A stretch of DNA of 64,000 nt from Marsupella aquatica (lineage: Eukaryota > Plantae > Marchantiophyta), in NCBI GenBank assembly GCA_973895155.1, contig OZ316895.1:11086184-11150183 (forward strand), given 5' to 3'. Both the position numbers and the translations under genes were made by a program. The notes beneath the pieces were generated by a model that was not told where the DNA came from, made no database searches, and saw nothing but the letters and a program-made list of their open reading frames with translations. Below, piece after piece: positions 25,857 through 38,031 of this stretch (positions are counted from its first letter, which is position 1; the number at the start of each line of letters is the position of its first letter).

Positions 25857-28487
25857 ATGTCGCACACGATCCTCTCCAGCTCGGCCATTCGATTCTGGAC
25901 GTAGTTCCTATCTACCGGAAGGCACTTGGCCGACTCATTGAAACACGCCAACCCGCGCCGATACGAAATCGAACGCGAGTACGAGCGAGCCATCCGCCTA
26001 GCAGGACGACACCACTACATCCTTAACTTTGACTACCCGTCTCAGAGCGAGCTTTACCGACCAGCAGAGGTATCTGGGTACTTCTTCAACGGAGACAAAT
26101 ATATCGGGTTCTGGGAAGCATTGCTTCGGCTTCCGGACAAGGTCTTCAATATCCCGGGTACGATCAACTTGCAGCGACATCACTTCGACCACATCCCTGC
26201 TCAGGTTCGGGCTATCATCAACAGCGAGTCCAGCACTACCCATTCGACAAGGTCGTCTGCACTCGCTTCGGAGAACTTCTACTAGCACCTACAGAGCTTC
26301 ATAGGAACTCGGCCAGCAACCAACATGACCAACTCAGTTGTACCCGTACCCGTACTCGTACAACCTCAGGCTCAGCTTCAGCCTCAGCCGCAGCCTAGCC
26401 AAACCCCACCACCGATCGCCCAGCCAGCACAAGTACGCTCCGTCATCAACGCTGTGGATCTTAGCGATGACGACGAGGCTACCCTACCCTTGACCAGGCG
26501 GCCCAGAGGAACAAGCACTCAGGGGGCCGATACTATATCGTCCCCACCCCCTGCTCTGACCCCAGTAGCGGCCCCGACAGACAACATGGTGACCGTGGCC
26601 GACCCGGACCCGTTACTAACGGCAGTAGCACTACCCAGGCCCGATCGGGAGGATGGGGAGGTGTCACCTTCCCCAAGCCAGTCACGGGGGAAGAAGAGGA
26701 AGGAATCCGCCACTGCATCCGGGTTACCATTGGCCACGGTAGCCGTGGCCAAGGTGACGATGCACCGCATGGGGGAAAACATTCACAAAAACATCCTCCA
26801 TCCAAAGCATGCGGTGTACCTGAAGACTCAGTGATTTGAGCACCTCGCCTCCCTCCCCTGGAACACTTGCAGGTACTACGGGGAGGACATGACAGAGTTC
26901 GTCAGGAATTATGACGACGCGCGTCAACATACTCGGCTACGGGGAAGGAGTATGTCCCTCATGGAAGAACGGCTCAGGATGATCTTTGGGTTACCCGAAG
27001 GTGACCATCGAGTCGAATCACGGGCTCCCGGGGGCAAGGGAGCCAAGTACCAATCTTCAAGTTTTCCCTCAGAGGGAGCAGTGGACAACGGGTTCGTGAT
27101 GAAAACCTGCCTCATCCCCGAGATAGCTGAGCGACTGGAGTTCTTGAGGTACGACCTCCACATGATGGAACCCCGGGGGGAGATCTCCGCCGCCCAGGTT
27201 ATCCAGGTTGAGAACTATCGACCTAGGAGGTGGGCGTCGTACTTCACTAAGAAATTCCATGAAGAGATGGAGCGGCGAAGGAAGACGCTGTACATTGGCG
27301 GGAAGGCGTATTTCGCTAGCCACATTGAGATCATTCTTGAGTGGTACGCCCGGTTTGATCGACGAACCCTTCCCCGTGTCAACGTTACAAAGCTGGTCCC
27401 AGCTAGGTGGGTTTTCCCGGCCTTGGAGAGACGGCCACAGCCCGAGGCCCGAAGTCCAGCGCACACGCCAGCTTCACCCACCCCACCTCCACAAGTAGCT
27501 GTAGTCGTAACCGAGGAGGTACCGGATGGGTCGGGTGTCGCAACCGTTGATGCGACCCAACAGGCCAGGCTAAGTATAGAAGTCGGTATGGCGGAGGTCT
27601 TACCCGAGCCCGGTTCTCCCAAAGACCAACCGATGGCAATTCCAGAGAACCGGACATTGCTATAGGAGGACGCTCCAGCCCCTTCCAACGTTACGTCCCC
27701 AAGGCTGGACGTCACTGCCCCGGCCCCCGCGCGTGTGGACGTCTGCCCGTGCCCAACTCCGGATAGGCACAACCTGGACCACGTGGAACTCTTCGTACCG
27801 GGTACATTTCTGAACGGGCTTCTGGGAGATTTCTCCCATCAGATTGCCCGGGATACCGGGGAGTTCATGGCCCGGAAGGTAGCCTATTTCTTCAATCAGG
27901 AGTTGGTTGCCGTAGTAAAGGCAGGTCGGGCCCAGTCAGAGGCCCTTCAGAGGATAGAGCGGTACCGGTTGGAGTCCGTGTACCTAAAGAACAAAGTTGC
28001 AGCTCAAGAGGCTGAGCTTCTGCAACTACGACCCAAGGTTGCAGCCGCCGATGAGTTGTTAGCAAAGGCGCACGCTCTTACCGCCCTAGCCGAACAGGCC
28101 AAAGCTGGGAACGAAGCCAAGATTACATGACTCCGGAACCAGATTGACAGTTTGAAGAATCAAACTGTCACCTGGCAGAAAGACCTGGAGGAGGCCGAGG
28201 AACGGGCCCAGCGGGACACGGCGGAGATAGCCACGCTGCAGGCCGAGGTGGCGCGGCTCCAAACCGAGGCCGAGAAGCAGGACCAGCTGGCGGGTAAACT
28301 GACAAGTGACGCCCAGCAGTTGGAGGAGGCTTGTCAGGAGGCAGCGGAGGAGACGGACACGGCGAGGCGAGAGAACGAATCTCTGCTGGACCAGGTCCAG
28401 CTCCTCAAGGCGGACAATGACAGGCTTCAAAGGCAGCGGGATGGCCGTTCCCATTCAGGTGGCTCTGGCAAGCGTGCCAGGCATTAG
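25857..28487 (+). pseudogene. LTR-encoded gene of unit A2 (~876 codons): N-domain, Pro-rich linker, plant-transposon globular domain, coiled coil, basic tail
   Basis: One continuous frame broken by point stops; most stops are sense codons in A1 and vice versa. Confidence 0.8.
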
Positions 28488-29391
28488 CGGCGGAGTAGGA
28501 ATAGAGTAGGATTAGGACTAGCTTAGTCAGGCTCTTGGGACAGGCACATGCCTTGGGTACAGCATCGCTGCCGTGCTGTCCAGCCTGCATAGATTAGGAT
28601 CTTCTAATAAGACACAGCCATTTTCGGCCTGACTGTCAGCTTAGTTAGGACCGTAGTCAGTGAATCTTCGGCGAGAGGACACCCCGTCCCTCAGCCCTTA
28701 GTATTTAGTGCACCCCTCGGTAGAGTCGAGGGGGGGGGGGTTTAGTTGCAAAGTTGGGCGTCCGCGGTATGTGCGGGGAGTCCCGACCTCTGGGAATGAA
28801 AGAGTACCAAGGGGAGGGGGTAGGACTAAGCTCGTTGGGCGAGTGCGGAGCCGGGCTCCGTTGTAGTGTGCACCCTCGGCCTTGAACCTGTTCATTCCGG
28901 GGCTGTCGGGTCAACTAAGTGTACGCATATGTTCCCTTTGTAGTAAAATCCTTTCCCATCATTTTCCTTCGTGTAAATCGAGATTGTATGCATGTGCGCG
29001 TGTATGTGTGTGGGTTTCTCGTATATGGGTGGCAGCGCCAGGCCAAACGCACTACCCGAGACGTGCACAGGGTGCAGCCTGCGGGTAAGTGGTTGCAAGC
29101 ACGGGTTGAGGACCTGTATCATCGAATCCGGATCGAAGGCGGACAGCACGAAGGCTTAGAAGTCCTTAAGCCGGGGTCGATCCTGCTATCGACTAAGGTA
29201 CGTTTCGGCGGCGGAACACAAACCATACCTAGGAGGTGTCCATATTTAGTAGTATGCGCACTTAGCGCTAGTTTACGAGAATAAGGTGCATTACGTGCTT
29301 CCCTTCCTGCCCGAACCCTCAGATTTACGAGGGATGTGCCCGTCTAAGCTGAAGTCTGAGTTAAGGCCGCAGCCGATGATGTGACACGCAT

Positions 29392-30935
29392 ACCGGCACA
29401 TCTAGCAGAATTATACCAACAGAGTAGAAATAATAAGACTCAAGAGGCACACAACACCTTCCTAGAACAGGATGAGCACTTAGAGAACTACGTCACACAC
29501 GACGAGGCCATGCCTGAGACACATATGACTTCACATCAACAGGATTCCTTACCTCTAGACGACATTAGAACCTGCATTGTAGATAGCAAACATCCCACAC
29601 TATATTAAAGTGCATGGACTATTTCACTCACATTACTCCCTCCCACATAAACGTGACTACCATCATGGGGAGCAACTGGATAGAAGAAGGTAACGGACTC
29701 GCCACAATCACGTTACCTCAGGGCACTACTATCTATATTAAATCTGCTATATATGCACCTAATGCCACGAGAAACTTAATTAGTTTCAAGGACATTAGAG
29801 ATAACGGATTCCATATCCACACTAGCACAGATAAAAACCAGGAAGTAATTCATATTTTAAAGAATACTTCCGATGGAATGCAAATTAAAGAAACACTTTT
29901 TGCGTATCCGTTGGGTTTCTATGTCACACAATTGAATGTTTTTCATTCCACTACGTATGAGATGTCACTATATGACCTTTGCCATACCAGGCTTGGACAC
30001 CTTGGCATGGCCATGTTTCAAAAGATGAATAGAGTAACTCACGGAATACCACAAAACACACGTCCAACAAACCATAATCAGTCTTGCATGGTATGTTCTC
30101 AAGGAAAGTTAATACTTAGACCTTGTCTCCAACACAATCCATGAAATGCCCAAATTCTTGGAACGAGTGCATGCAGACGTATGCGGCCCTATTGAGCCAC
30201 TAAGCGGACCATTTTGATTTTTCCTAGTCATTATTGACGCATCCTCAAAATGGTCGCAAGTTTCATTGCTTTCCACACAAAACATGGTTTTTCCACGAAT
30301 TTTAGCACACATCCTAAAGCTAAAAGCCCAATTCCCTGAAAACCCTATCAAAATGATTAGGGTTGATAATGCCGGCGAATTTACTTCAAAAACATTCAAA
30401 GATTTTTGCATGGCTACAGGGATAGACACTCAATACCCAGTACCTCACGTCCATTTTTAGAATGGCATCGCTTAATCTATCATTAAGAGGATACAGATGA
30501 TAGCAAGACCCATGCTAATGCAAACGCAATTACCCACAACTGCTTGGGGTCACACTGTACTACATGCAGCAGCTTTACTTAAATATTGTCCATTGGCGTA
30601 GAATGACCAAACTCCACACCACCTAGCCTTTGGAGTAGATCCTGGCTTATCACATGTTAGAACCTTTGGTTGCCAAGTACTGGTCCCCATAATGGGACCC
30701 AAACGTACTAAGATGGGACCTTAAAGGCAGAAAGGCATATACGTTGGTTTCAAGTCACCATCCATAATCAGGTACTTAGAACCATCAACTGCTGATGAGT
30801 TTCAAGCGAGGTTCCTTGACTGCCATTTTTACAAAAATGTTTTCCCTAAACTATTTGAAGGGAAACCACAATTTGAATAACCTCGTAACTTAGATTGACG
30901 ATGGCGGACTCAATCCACTATTTGGAATGATCCAC
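29392..30935 (+). pseudogene. Bianca-like gag end, protease and integrase (degenerate)
   Basis: CIVDS protease-like site, RNLISFKDIRDNGFHI, HTRLGH..CMVC zinc-binding motif, ERVHADVCGP, IRVDNAGEF. Confidence 0.88.
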
Positions 30936-32691
30936 TATCGCGCCCCTAACCCGGGCCTTAAATCCGAGTTAGTTTCCTAGTGCAACCTCGACCACCAGTA
31001 GGGGTGAGGGTTCAAGCAAGGAGGTGTGTAGCGGGCCCGATTAGCCCTAAGTTGGGCTAAGTCAATATACTTACCGGTATAATACTTATGCAACTCGTAC
31101 TGGTCATAGGTATATTTGTTTTCCACCGCTAGAATATTCCCATAGTTAGTGACTCGGACTAATTCCCGGCTTGGGGCTTTCAAGCCATCGATGCAACAGA
31201 ACCTTGTGACATGCAATGGGTGGCAATCCCTACCATTAATCCGCACCCGGTACGTCCCTTGAAATGGCGCCTTTGCCCAGACAAAGCATACACACAACAC
31301 TAGTTACTCGCGATAGAATCAGAGGGAAAAGCCTAATTTACTCAACGAAGAATCAATTTACATAGTTGACTCGACTTCTAAGGGGATCAGCAGGCCTAAC
31401 GGCAATTGATGCCCAGTCTCTATGAGGTCCCGCCCTGCGCTTGCCCAGCAAGCTCGACTCTGGCTCTCACTCCTTAGTGCACTCTGACCTTGCTCAGGCC
31501 GGGACTCCCCGTGCCTCGCCTTTCCTTGCGCTAAGATAACTAAGCCTTCTCCCCCTCCCACAACGGAAGGGAAAGCCTAAATACTACGTTTGCAGAAAGG
31601 AGCCGGAAGATACTACCTCCCGGGGTAATGCCTACTAACTAACTACCCTTTGACTAACCGGCTGCACTACCTCTGACCGGCTGACCATCAGTGGCAAGGG
31701 GCGTTGACAGGGGTGGTAGTGGCTAAGTCTACTGACCAAAATCTAGTCTGTTGACGGACTCTATCCTACGTCGGCTGATCCTAATCGATCTTGTCCCTAA
31801 TTCTTCCTACTATGCCGCTAATCGGCGTCTAAGGACAACTATTCTGTCGTTAAGCCTAATCAAAAAGATGTTGCTGACTCAACTACCTTGTGCAGCGCCT
31901 GCTCACACCCTTCGCTAACCACCCCTTACGTGCATGTTGTGGTCGGGCCAGGGTTTGTCCCCTTGTCGAGGCAAGATCTCGAGCTGCCTTGATTAGAGGT
32001 GGGTCCAGGTCTTGCCCGCTAGAGGACGAGCAGGGTAATGCGGTCCTGCAAGGCCTTGTTATCTCGTACCGCCTCCTCTGCCTCGTTCACAGCTTCAACG
32101 GGCTCGGTTTGGAGCCGTACTACCTCTAGGCTGAGCTGGCCGATGGAGTCACGATGGGTCTGGTTCTGCGCCAGCAATTTATCCCGCTCGGCAGAGAGAC
32201 TAGCCACCTGTTGAGCTGGCTGCAAGAATTGGTTGTTGAGGTTGGTCAGGCTGGTAACCCGAGCCAAGGATTCTGAGCGCAACTGAAGTACGGTGTCATC
32301 CCGCTTCTTGAGATCTGCTTGCGCCTCGCTCAACTCTTGGTTTAGTCCATCCCGTTGTTTGACGGTGCGGACTAACTCTTCACGGTGGGTAGTGGCCTCC
32401 TCTTCGAGGTGTTCTACTAGCATTTGGAGGTGCCCAATCTCGTTCCCCTTTGCCATGAGTTCTTCCTCCAAGCGGCTTACGATCCGTGGTTGGTGCTCTA
32501 ACATGAAGAAGGTTGGTTGAAAGTATGTCGAGACCTGTTGCCCGATGTACGTTGCCAGCTCCCCGGCCATAGTTTGTGTGATGCCTAGACAGGAATCACT
32601 CGGCCGGTTAAGTGGGTAAAGCAGGAAGGCACCCTAGGAACACCTTAGTATAGTGACAAAACAAGGAAAATATAAACAATTAGGGGCAACC

Positions 32692-35600
32692 ATGGAACCC
32701 GGGCAGAGGCCGGAGGTAAGGCTGAGGGTGAAAACCCGATTAGGGTTAGGGTTAGGGCGCGTTAAGCGTCGGCGGCTAGGAAGGATCAACGGGAAGAAGG
32801 ACGGGCAGAGGAGAGGGGTAAGGAGCGCTTGCAGGAGATGGTGGCTCATTCGCGAGCACGAACTAGGCAGACGACTACGGGAGGCCAACTACAGTCAGCT
32901 GCTTAGGCAAGCACTCGGGGAGAGAGTAGATACCGACGATCGACCTAAGGAGGGTATGAGCAACGTCAATCAAGCGGCACATTTCTGGGGATGCCTGTTC
33001 GAACGGGCAACTGAGTACATCAAGACTTACGAGGACGAGGAGTCAGAAAGGGCAGCTCGAGAACGGCAGGAGCTCGCTCGATTGTGGGAGCTGCAGAAGA
33101 CGGCTTTCTTAGGAGGCGAACTCATCAAGGACGAGTTCCTGTGGACGCCTACTTCCAATCAACTCGACGATCTTCTGTTTTGCAAAGACAGCGTCGTCGG
33201 CATCCGAGAGGCCATCAAGAACTGCAACGACATACACTGGGAATTAAAGGGTAGCACGGAAAGGTGGACCCAGGCAACGGTGCTAGGAGAAACCTCCACG
33301 GCAGCAGAGATGAAGAGGAAGGGAGCCGTCAACGATGAAGCCACCCCGGCAAAAAGAACGAGGTCGGCGGCACCAAAGAAGCCAGCCGAGCAGCAGAGCA
33401 GGAGGCAGGGAGAAGCCGAAGAGGAGGAGGTCGATCCCATGAAGGCCATTCCAACCAGGGATGACACCTGGAAGGGCTGGGCGGCAACCCTACCGGTGGA
33501 GGTGCAACTACATTTTGCACGGGAGGAAGATGCATGCTTTACGGCCATGCAGACCAAGAAGTACCAAGGCTTCATGGCCGGATCCGGCTTGGAGGCCTTT
33601 GTAAGATTACCATGGCTGAAGCCGGAGGTACCGGAGTCAGACCTATTAGAATTCGTGGGGTCATGGGAACCCGAGACCAATTGCACGAGGATATATGGGA
33701 AGGATTTCTATCTTACTCCCAAGGTGATTGCCGAAGTGTTTGGCTTGCCGATGGGCAATAAGACCAAAGTTGATACCAGGAAGACCTTGCCTGACAAGGA
33801 GTTCCGGTCGTTCCCCGGGCCATCAACGAAGAATGGCTTCTTCCGGAACACCTGCACCAACCCGCACATAGGAGAGATGATCGACTTCTTGCGGGTGACC
33901 ATGCATTGTAACTTGCCGAGGGCAGAGATCGGCAAGGCACAGGTCTATCTGGCAGAAAGGCCAGACCCAAGCCGGGACTACAACGGGTACCTCCTCAACC
34001 AATTGAAGAAGATCTTAAAGGAGGAGCAGCAGGTAATCGGCATGGGGAGCGTGTCGCGGCTTGGCTATCACATGCCGCTGTTGTGCCGGTATGCCAGAAG
34101 TCAGACTTTTGCCCCGGTACTTCCCCTGCAGGTAAGGGCACCCGAGGAAGCTCCAACGCCGAGGCCGTTGGCTGAGAAGCCTCAACCACCTGTTAGTCCT
34201 ACGATCGAGCAGGTGTTTAGGCCCAGGAAGGAAGACTTGCCGATGCAGCAACCAGGCATGCAGAGTCTGCTGAAACTACTGGAGAAAGAAAAGAAATCGG
34301 CATCGGCAACAACAACGGCAACGGCAACAATGCAGGACACTACTACAGAGGTAGGCCTACACCGGCTCACAAGAGAAAACCCCTTTGCTGGAGACAAGGA
34401 GAGAATCAGGCCGGAATCCAAGCCAGGTGTTCGAATGTACGTGGGAACCTCAAGCTCCGAATCTGAGGCAGAATTGCCTGAAGCTCCTACCGAGGAAGAG
34501 GAGAGGGAGAAGCCGGACGTCCAAGAGGTAGAGGAGGCAGTGGAGGACTGCAGCCATGATAATTCCGGCTATGGGTCGGACCATCACGTTCCAGGAGTAA
34601 GGACCTGTGGCCGGTTTGTCCCCACACTTCCAAGGGTAGTGCGAGGGGACCCCAACCAGCAGAGTAGCCCTGAGTCTCCCCCACCAGATGTTGCTCCCCC
34701 GAGCTTCGACGGCATAAAACAGACGGTGCAGGAATTTCAGGAGCGAATCAAGCAGGAGGAAGAGGCCGCCCTGGCTAAGGAAAAGGATTTACCAGGAGGA
34801 GATTGGCCGGAGGACATCAGGCGGCTAGCCGAAAAAGGAAGCAAACCTCTAGCCATGATTGAAGAGATCCGCAGGACGGCTTGGGAGCAGAGGCCACGAT
34901 GGGCGATGCCGATCACTTCTACTTACTCCACCTACGCTAAGAATAGAGCCATGGAGTATGGTGAGATGTGTGGGGAACTTGCGCTCGGCATCTTTGGAGA
35001 GGAGTTGGAGGTAGGACCCTTTTTCCATAGGGAGCAGTTGGAGAAGCACCAATTAGAAGAAGCGGTGGCTTTAGAGAGAAGCAAGAAGGACGAGGTCATT
35101 CGGCGGCTTAGGAGGATGGAAGCCGAGATTGAAGATCTAAGGGCGGCCAAGAAAGCCCAAGATGAACTGCGGATTAAACGACATGAGCTGAACATCATGC
35201 AGGGGCAGTTGGACACCGCGCAGGCTGATAATCAGAATATCAAGGATAAACTGACTCAGACGCAGGAAGAGTTGGCCGACACGATCAAAGAGAGGGAGAA
35301 GTGGAAGCAAGAGCTGAAGAATACAGAGGAGGCCCACATAACAGCCAACAGCCGGGCCATGGCGGAGACCCAAAGAAAGGAATGGGCGTTGAAAGGGGAG
35401 CTCGAGAAAATCCGCGGAGCCCTTGAGCAGAAGGAGGTCGAGTTAGGGAAATCCTATCAAGGGATTATGGCGCTGCAGCAGGAGCTTGCGTCCCTGACGG
35501 CCAGCTTCAAGGCCGACCTAAGGGAGAAGGACGAGATGCTCGAACAGACTTACGCCAAGATGAACCAGATGGAGTCTGTCATCATTGCAGAGCTCGACAA

Positions 35601-35859
35601 GGAGCTAAGAGCAACCCAGGAGGAGAGGGCTACCTTGAAGAAGGAATTGGAGGAAGCCCACAGGGAGCAGGAGGAGGCCAAAAACGAGCTGGAGGGGGCA
35701 CGTAAGGACCTGGATGAAACCCAAGAGGAGTTGGAGGAAATCACGAGGAAGATGGAGAACCTACAGCGGCGGGCCGACAACCAAACAGAGCGGCTGAAGA
35801 AACAGGCCGGCTACGTATCTCATGACCCGATGAAGGATCTGTCCAGTATATGTGTGTAA
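32692..35859 (+). CDS. Intact LTR-associated protein (~1055 aa from first ATG; alternative ATG 32956): N-domain, plant-transposon globular domain, acidic/Pro linker, long coiled coil
   Basis: Uninterrupted ORF; GLEAFVRLPW...EFVGSWEPET...LTPKVIAEVFGLPMG aligns by eye with A's GFEHLASLPW...EFVKNYDD...LTEERLKMIFGLPEG. Confidence 0.78.
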   Translation: MEPGQRPEVRLRVKTRLGLGLGRVKRRRLGRINGKKDGQRRGVRSACRRWWLIREHELGRRLREANYSQLLRQALGERVDTDDRPKEGMSNVNQAAHFWGCLFERATEYIKTYEDEESERAARERQELARLWELQKTAFLGGELIKDEFLWTPTSNQLDDLLFCKDSVVGIREAIKNCNDIHWELKGSTERWTQATVLGETSTAAEMKRKGAVNDEATPAKRTRSAAPKKPAEQQSRRQGEAEEEEVDPMKAIPTRDDTWKGWAATLPVEVQLHFAREEDACFTAMQTKKYQGFMAGSGLEAFVRLPWLKPEVPESDLLEFVGSWEPETNCTRIYGKDFYLTPKVIAEVFGLPMGNKTKVDTRKTLPDKEFRSFPGPSTKNGFFRNTCTNPHIGEMIDFLRVTMHCNLPRAEIGKAQVYLAERPDPSRDYNGYLLNQLKKILKEEQQVIGMGSVSRLGYHMPLLCRYARSQTFAPVLPLQVRAPEEAPTPRPLAEKPQPPVSPTIEQVFRPRKEDLPMQQPGMQSLLKLLEKEKKSASATTTATATMQDTTTEVGLHRLTRENPFAGDKERIRPESKPGVRMYVGTSSSESEAELPEAPTEEEEREKPDVQEVEEAVEDCSHDNSGYGSDHHVPGVRTCGRFVPTLPRVVRGDPNQQSSPESPPPDVAPPSFDGIKQTVQEFQERIKQEEEAALAKEKDLPGGDWPEDIRRLAEKGSKPLAMIEEIRRTAWEQRPRWAMPITSTYSTYAKNRAMEYGEMCGELALGIFGEELEVGPFFHREQLEKHQLEEAVALERSKKDEVIRRLRRMEAEIEDLRAAKKAQDELRIKRHELNIMQGQLDTAQADNQNIKDKLTQTQEELADTIKEREKWKQELKNTEEAHITANSRAMAETQRKEWALKGELEKIRGALEQKEVELGKSYQGIMALQQELASLTASFKADLREKDEMLEQTYAKMNQMESVIIAELDKELRATQEERATLKKELEEAHREQEEAKNELEGARKDLDETQEELEEITRKMENLQRRADNQTERLKKQAGYVSHDPMKDLSSICV

Positions 35860-37135
35860 AATGTTAATAGTAGTAGTAGAAGGTTAGCAGCGTCCCATGC
35901 CGCTAAGCCGCGGAAACGGCCTCGCCAAGCACGAAACCTGCGGGAATCGGCTTGAGCTGGGGGGTTTCTTGGGTTTAGGGAGCCATGGGACGCACCACAG
36001 TTTGGCTAAACTTCTGGACCAGGTCGTAGGCCATGGTCCCCGGGGCTACTTGGTAGTCCTCCATCCTCTTGTGCATTGTGGTTCCTCAACTGGGGCGGTG
36101 AGCTCCTCCGTAGTCTGCAATGGGGAGGGGAAGGTTTCTTCAGGTGGTGGAGGGATTGGGGGTGGTTGTACTGGGGGTAGCGGAGGTTCGACGGAAGGGG
36201 GCGGTGGAATATCAACGGGAGGAGGTGGCAGAGTATTAGTTGGGGCCGCGGGCTCAGGGTTTTCCCGAGACGCGGTAGTCCGCTTGCTCCTGGTTGCAGG
36301 GGTGATATTAGTCGGGGCTGAGGTAGCCATGTTCTTCCCCCAGGCCTCCCGCTGCGCTTTGTACCAGGCGAGGATGATGGTGATGTGACTTCCCAGGTAG
36401 GTCCTTCCCCCGATAGACATACCTCCTTGAGCCCGCTTAAGCTCCCACGAGGACCTGCAGTAAAAGAATTGGGCCCAGGTCCGCCGTTTGTATTGTTCCA
36501 CCTGTACGATCGTATAGAGGGAGATCTCGGATCGTGGCTCAATCATGTGTAGGGTTGTCTGTGACGGGGTCCCCCGTCACTCGAAATCATGAATAATGGG
36601 TTGCAGAGGGGTGTGCCTTTTTAATAGCCACTATAAGTAAGCCATTTTTTAATTTTTTTTAGTTATTTCCGCCATTGTAGGTTGATGATGCCCCGGGTGA
36701 CTTTGTATTCTTCCTCTCGTAACAATTCTAAGATTTGTGGCGACCTAAGCAGGCAAATATTTTGGGACCTTAAAAAGCTAGAGGGCCAACCCCATTGGAA
36801 TTATCGTTTGCTTGAGCTATCGTTGCCACCCCCCTTGTAATTTGAAGAAAAGGGAGCTTTGGGGGGATTAAAATTCCCCATTAGGGAGCCCTGCGAGTGA
36901 CCAGGTGGCGCCCGGGAAACCTAGCCCTTGCATAGGGAGGCGCGCCACGCGAGCGAGGGTGCCGCAAGCCAGGGGCTCCCGTGAGCCGGGCCCAAAGGAC
37001 ACGTGAGTGAAGGAGGGGGGGTATTAAACCCTCCCGCAAGGAGGGAGCAGGACCGGGCGAGCCCTGCATAGGGTCGCGAGCCCACCAGCCGCAGCCGCAA
37101 GTAGACGCAACGGTGAGGGGGAGAAAGCGAGAGGC

Positions 37136-37329
37136 GAGCCGGGGCGCATGGCTTGTGCACAGCCGGGAGGTACCGGGCGGCTTGCCGGAGCCGGGAGGAG
37201 CCCGCGAGTAAGAGCCCAGGTGAGCCGAGCCGGGGCGCATGGCTTGTGCGCAGCCGGGAGGTACCGGGCGGCTTGCCGGAGCCGGGAGGAGCCCGCGAGT
37301 AAGAGCCCAGGTGAGCCGAGCCGGGGCGC
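37136..37329 (+). repeat. 91-bp GC-rich tandem repeat (2.1 copies) in the LTR; also at 48210-48403
   Basis: gagccggggcgc recurs at 37136, 37227 and 37318. Confidence 0.85.
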
Positions 37330-38031
37330 GAGGCGCAGCCGGGTCGCAGCCGGGAGGAGAAGATCGCGGAGTGGGGAGGGGGGCAATTAAGTTCCCTTGG
37401 GAAGGGCCCGCATGAGGGGCTGTGAGTAGGGGGAATTAAATTTCCCCGGCCTTGGAGGACTGGAGGCCACCGCGAGTATGCCCCGGAAGGGAGGCGCGAG
37501 GCGCTCCCGCGAGTAGTGGGGGGAGATTAAATCCCCCATTAAAGCGCAGCCGGGATGCTTCGGAGGGCAGGTCAGAGGGGGGCAGGTACGCGCGCGGCAG
37601 AAGGGGGGAGAAAATACTCCCCGATACACGGGTTAGTCAATACCCAGGAGAGGGCAGCGAACGGCACCTGGTGCTTAGGGGTATACTTAAGGGGGGCCTG
37701 CGCCCTTAGGAAAGCCACCACTTCTTACGTCCCCCTTAACTTTTTTCTTGCTTCCCTTGAGATGCCGAAAGCTTCCCTCAAAACTGCTTCTTTGTAAACA
37801 GTACCCTGGTTCTTGGTTCTCCAATTTTTTTTCCCCTTTCTCTCTAGCTCGGCATGGAATTGGGGGACTCACTGTCTCCGAGCATTAACGGTGGCTGCAA
37901 TGAATTATGTCTGGGAAATTGAGATTGGGTCATTGATTGATCGGGATACGGGGGCTGTTTCGGGCCAGGGAATTGACATTGCTACGGGTGACGGGATTTG
38001 GTGATTGAGGATTTGATTTCGGGATGCACGA

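Larger units (their letters stand above)
10322..29386 (+). mobile_element. Solo-LTR-like unit A2 (~4.0 kb net: 10322-10362 plus 25431-29386) of a giant-LTR Gypsy lineage
   Basis: TGTGAC...GTGACA termini; perfect 5-bp TSD CGCAT (10317-10321, 29387-29391); same terminal signature as the LTRs of the intact Gypsy at 36560. Confidence 0.85.

Noticed and set aside
10322-29386. Two ~4-kb direct repeats flanking a transposase, read as one LTR or composite element
   Set aside because: Separate TSDs show A1 nested in A2 and the DNA transposon nested in A1
37136-37329. CRISPR-like repeat array (also 13081-13272)
   Set aside because: Contiguous tandem units with no unique spacers, no cas genes, eukaryotic context
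36881-37872. GC-rich small ORFs repeated in both LTRs
   Set aside because: Arise from GC-rich repeats; shared only because the LTRs are recent copies
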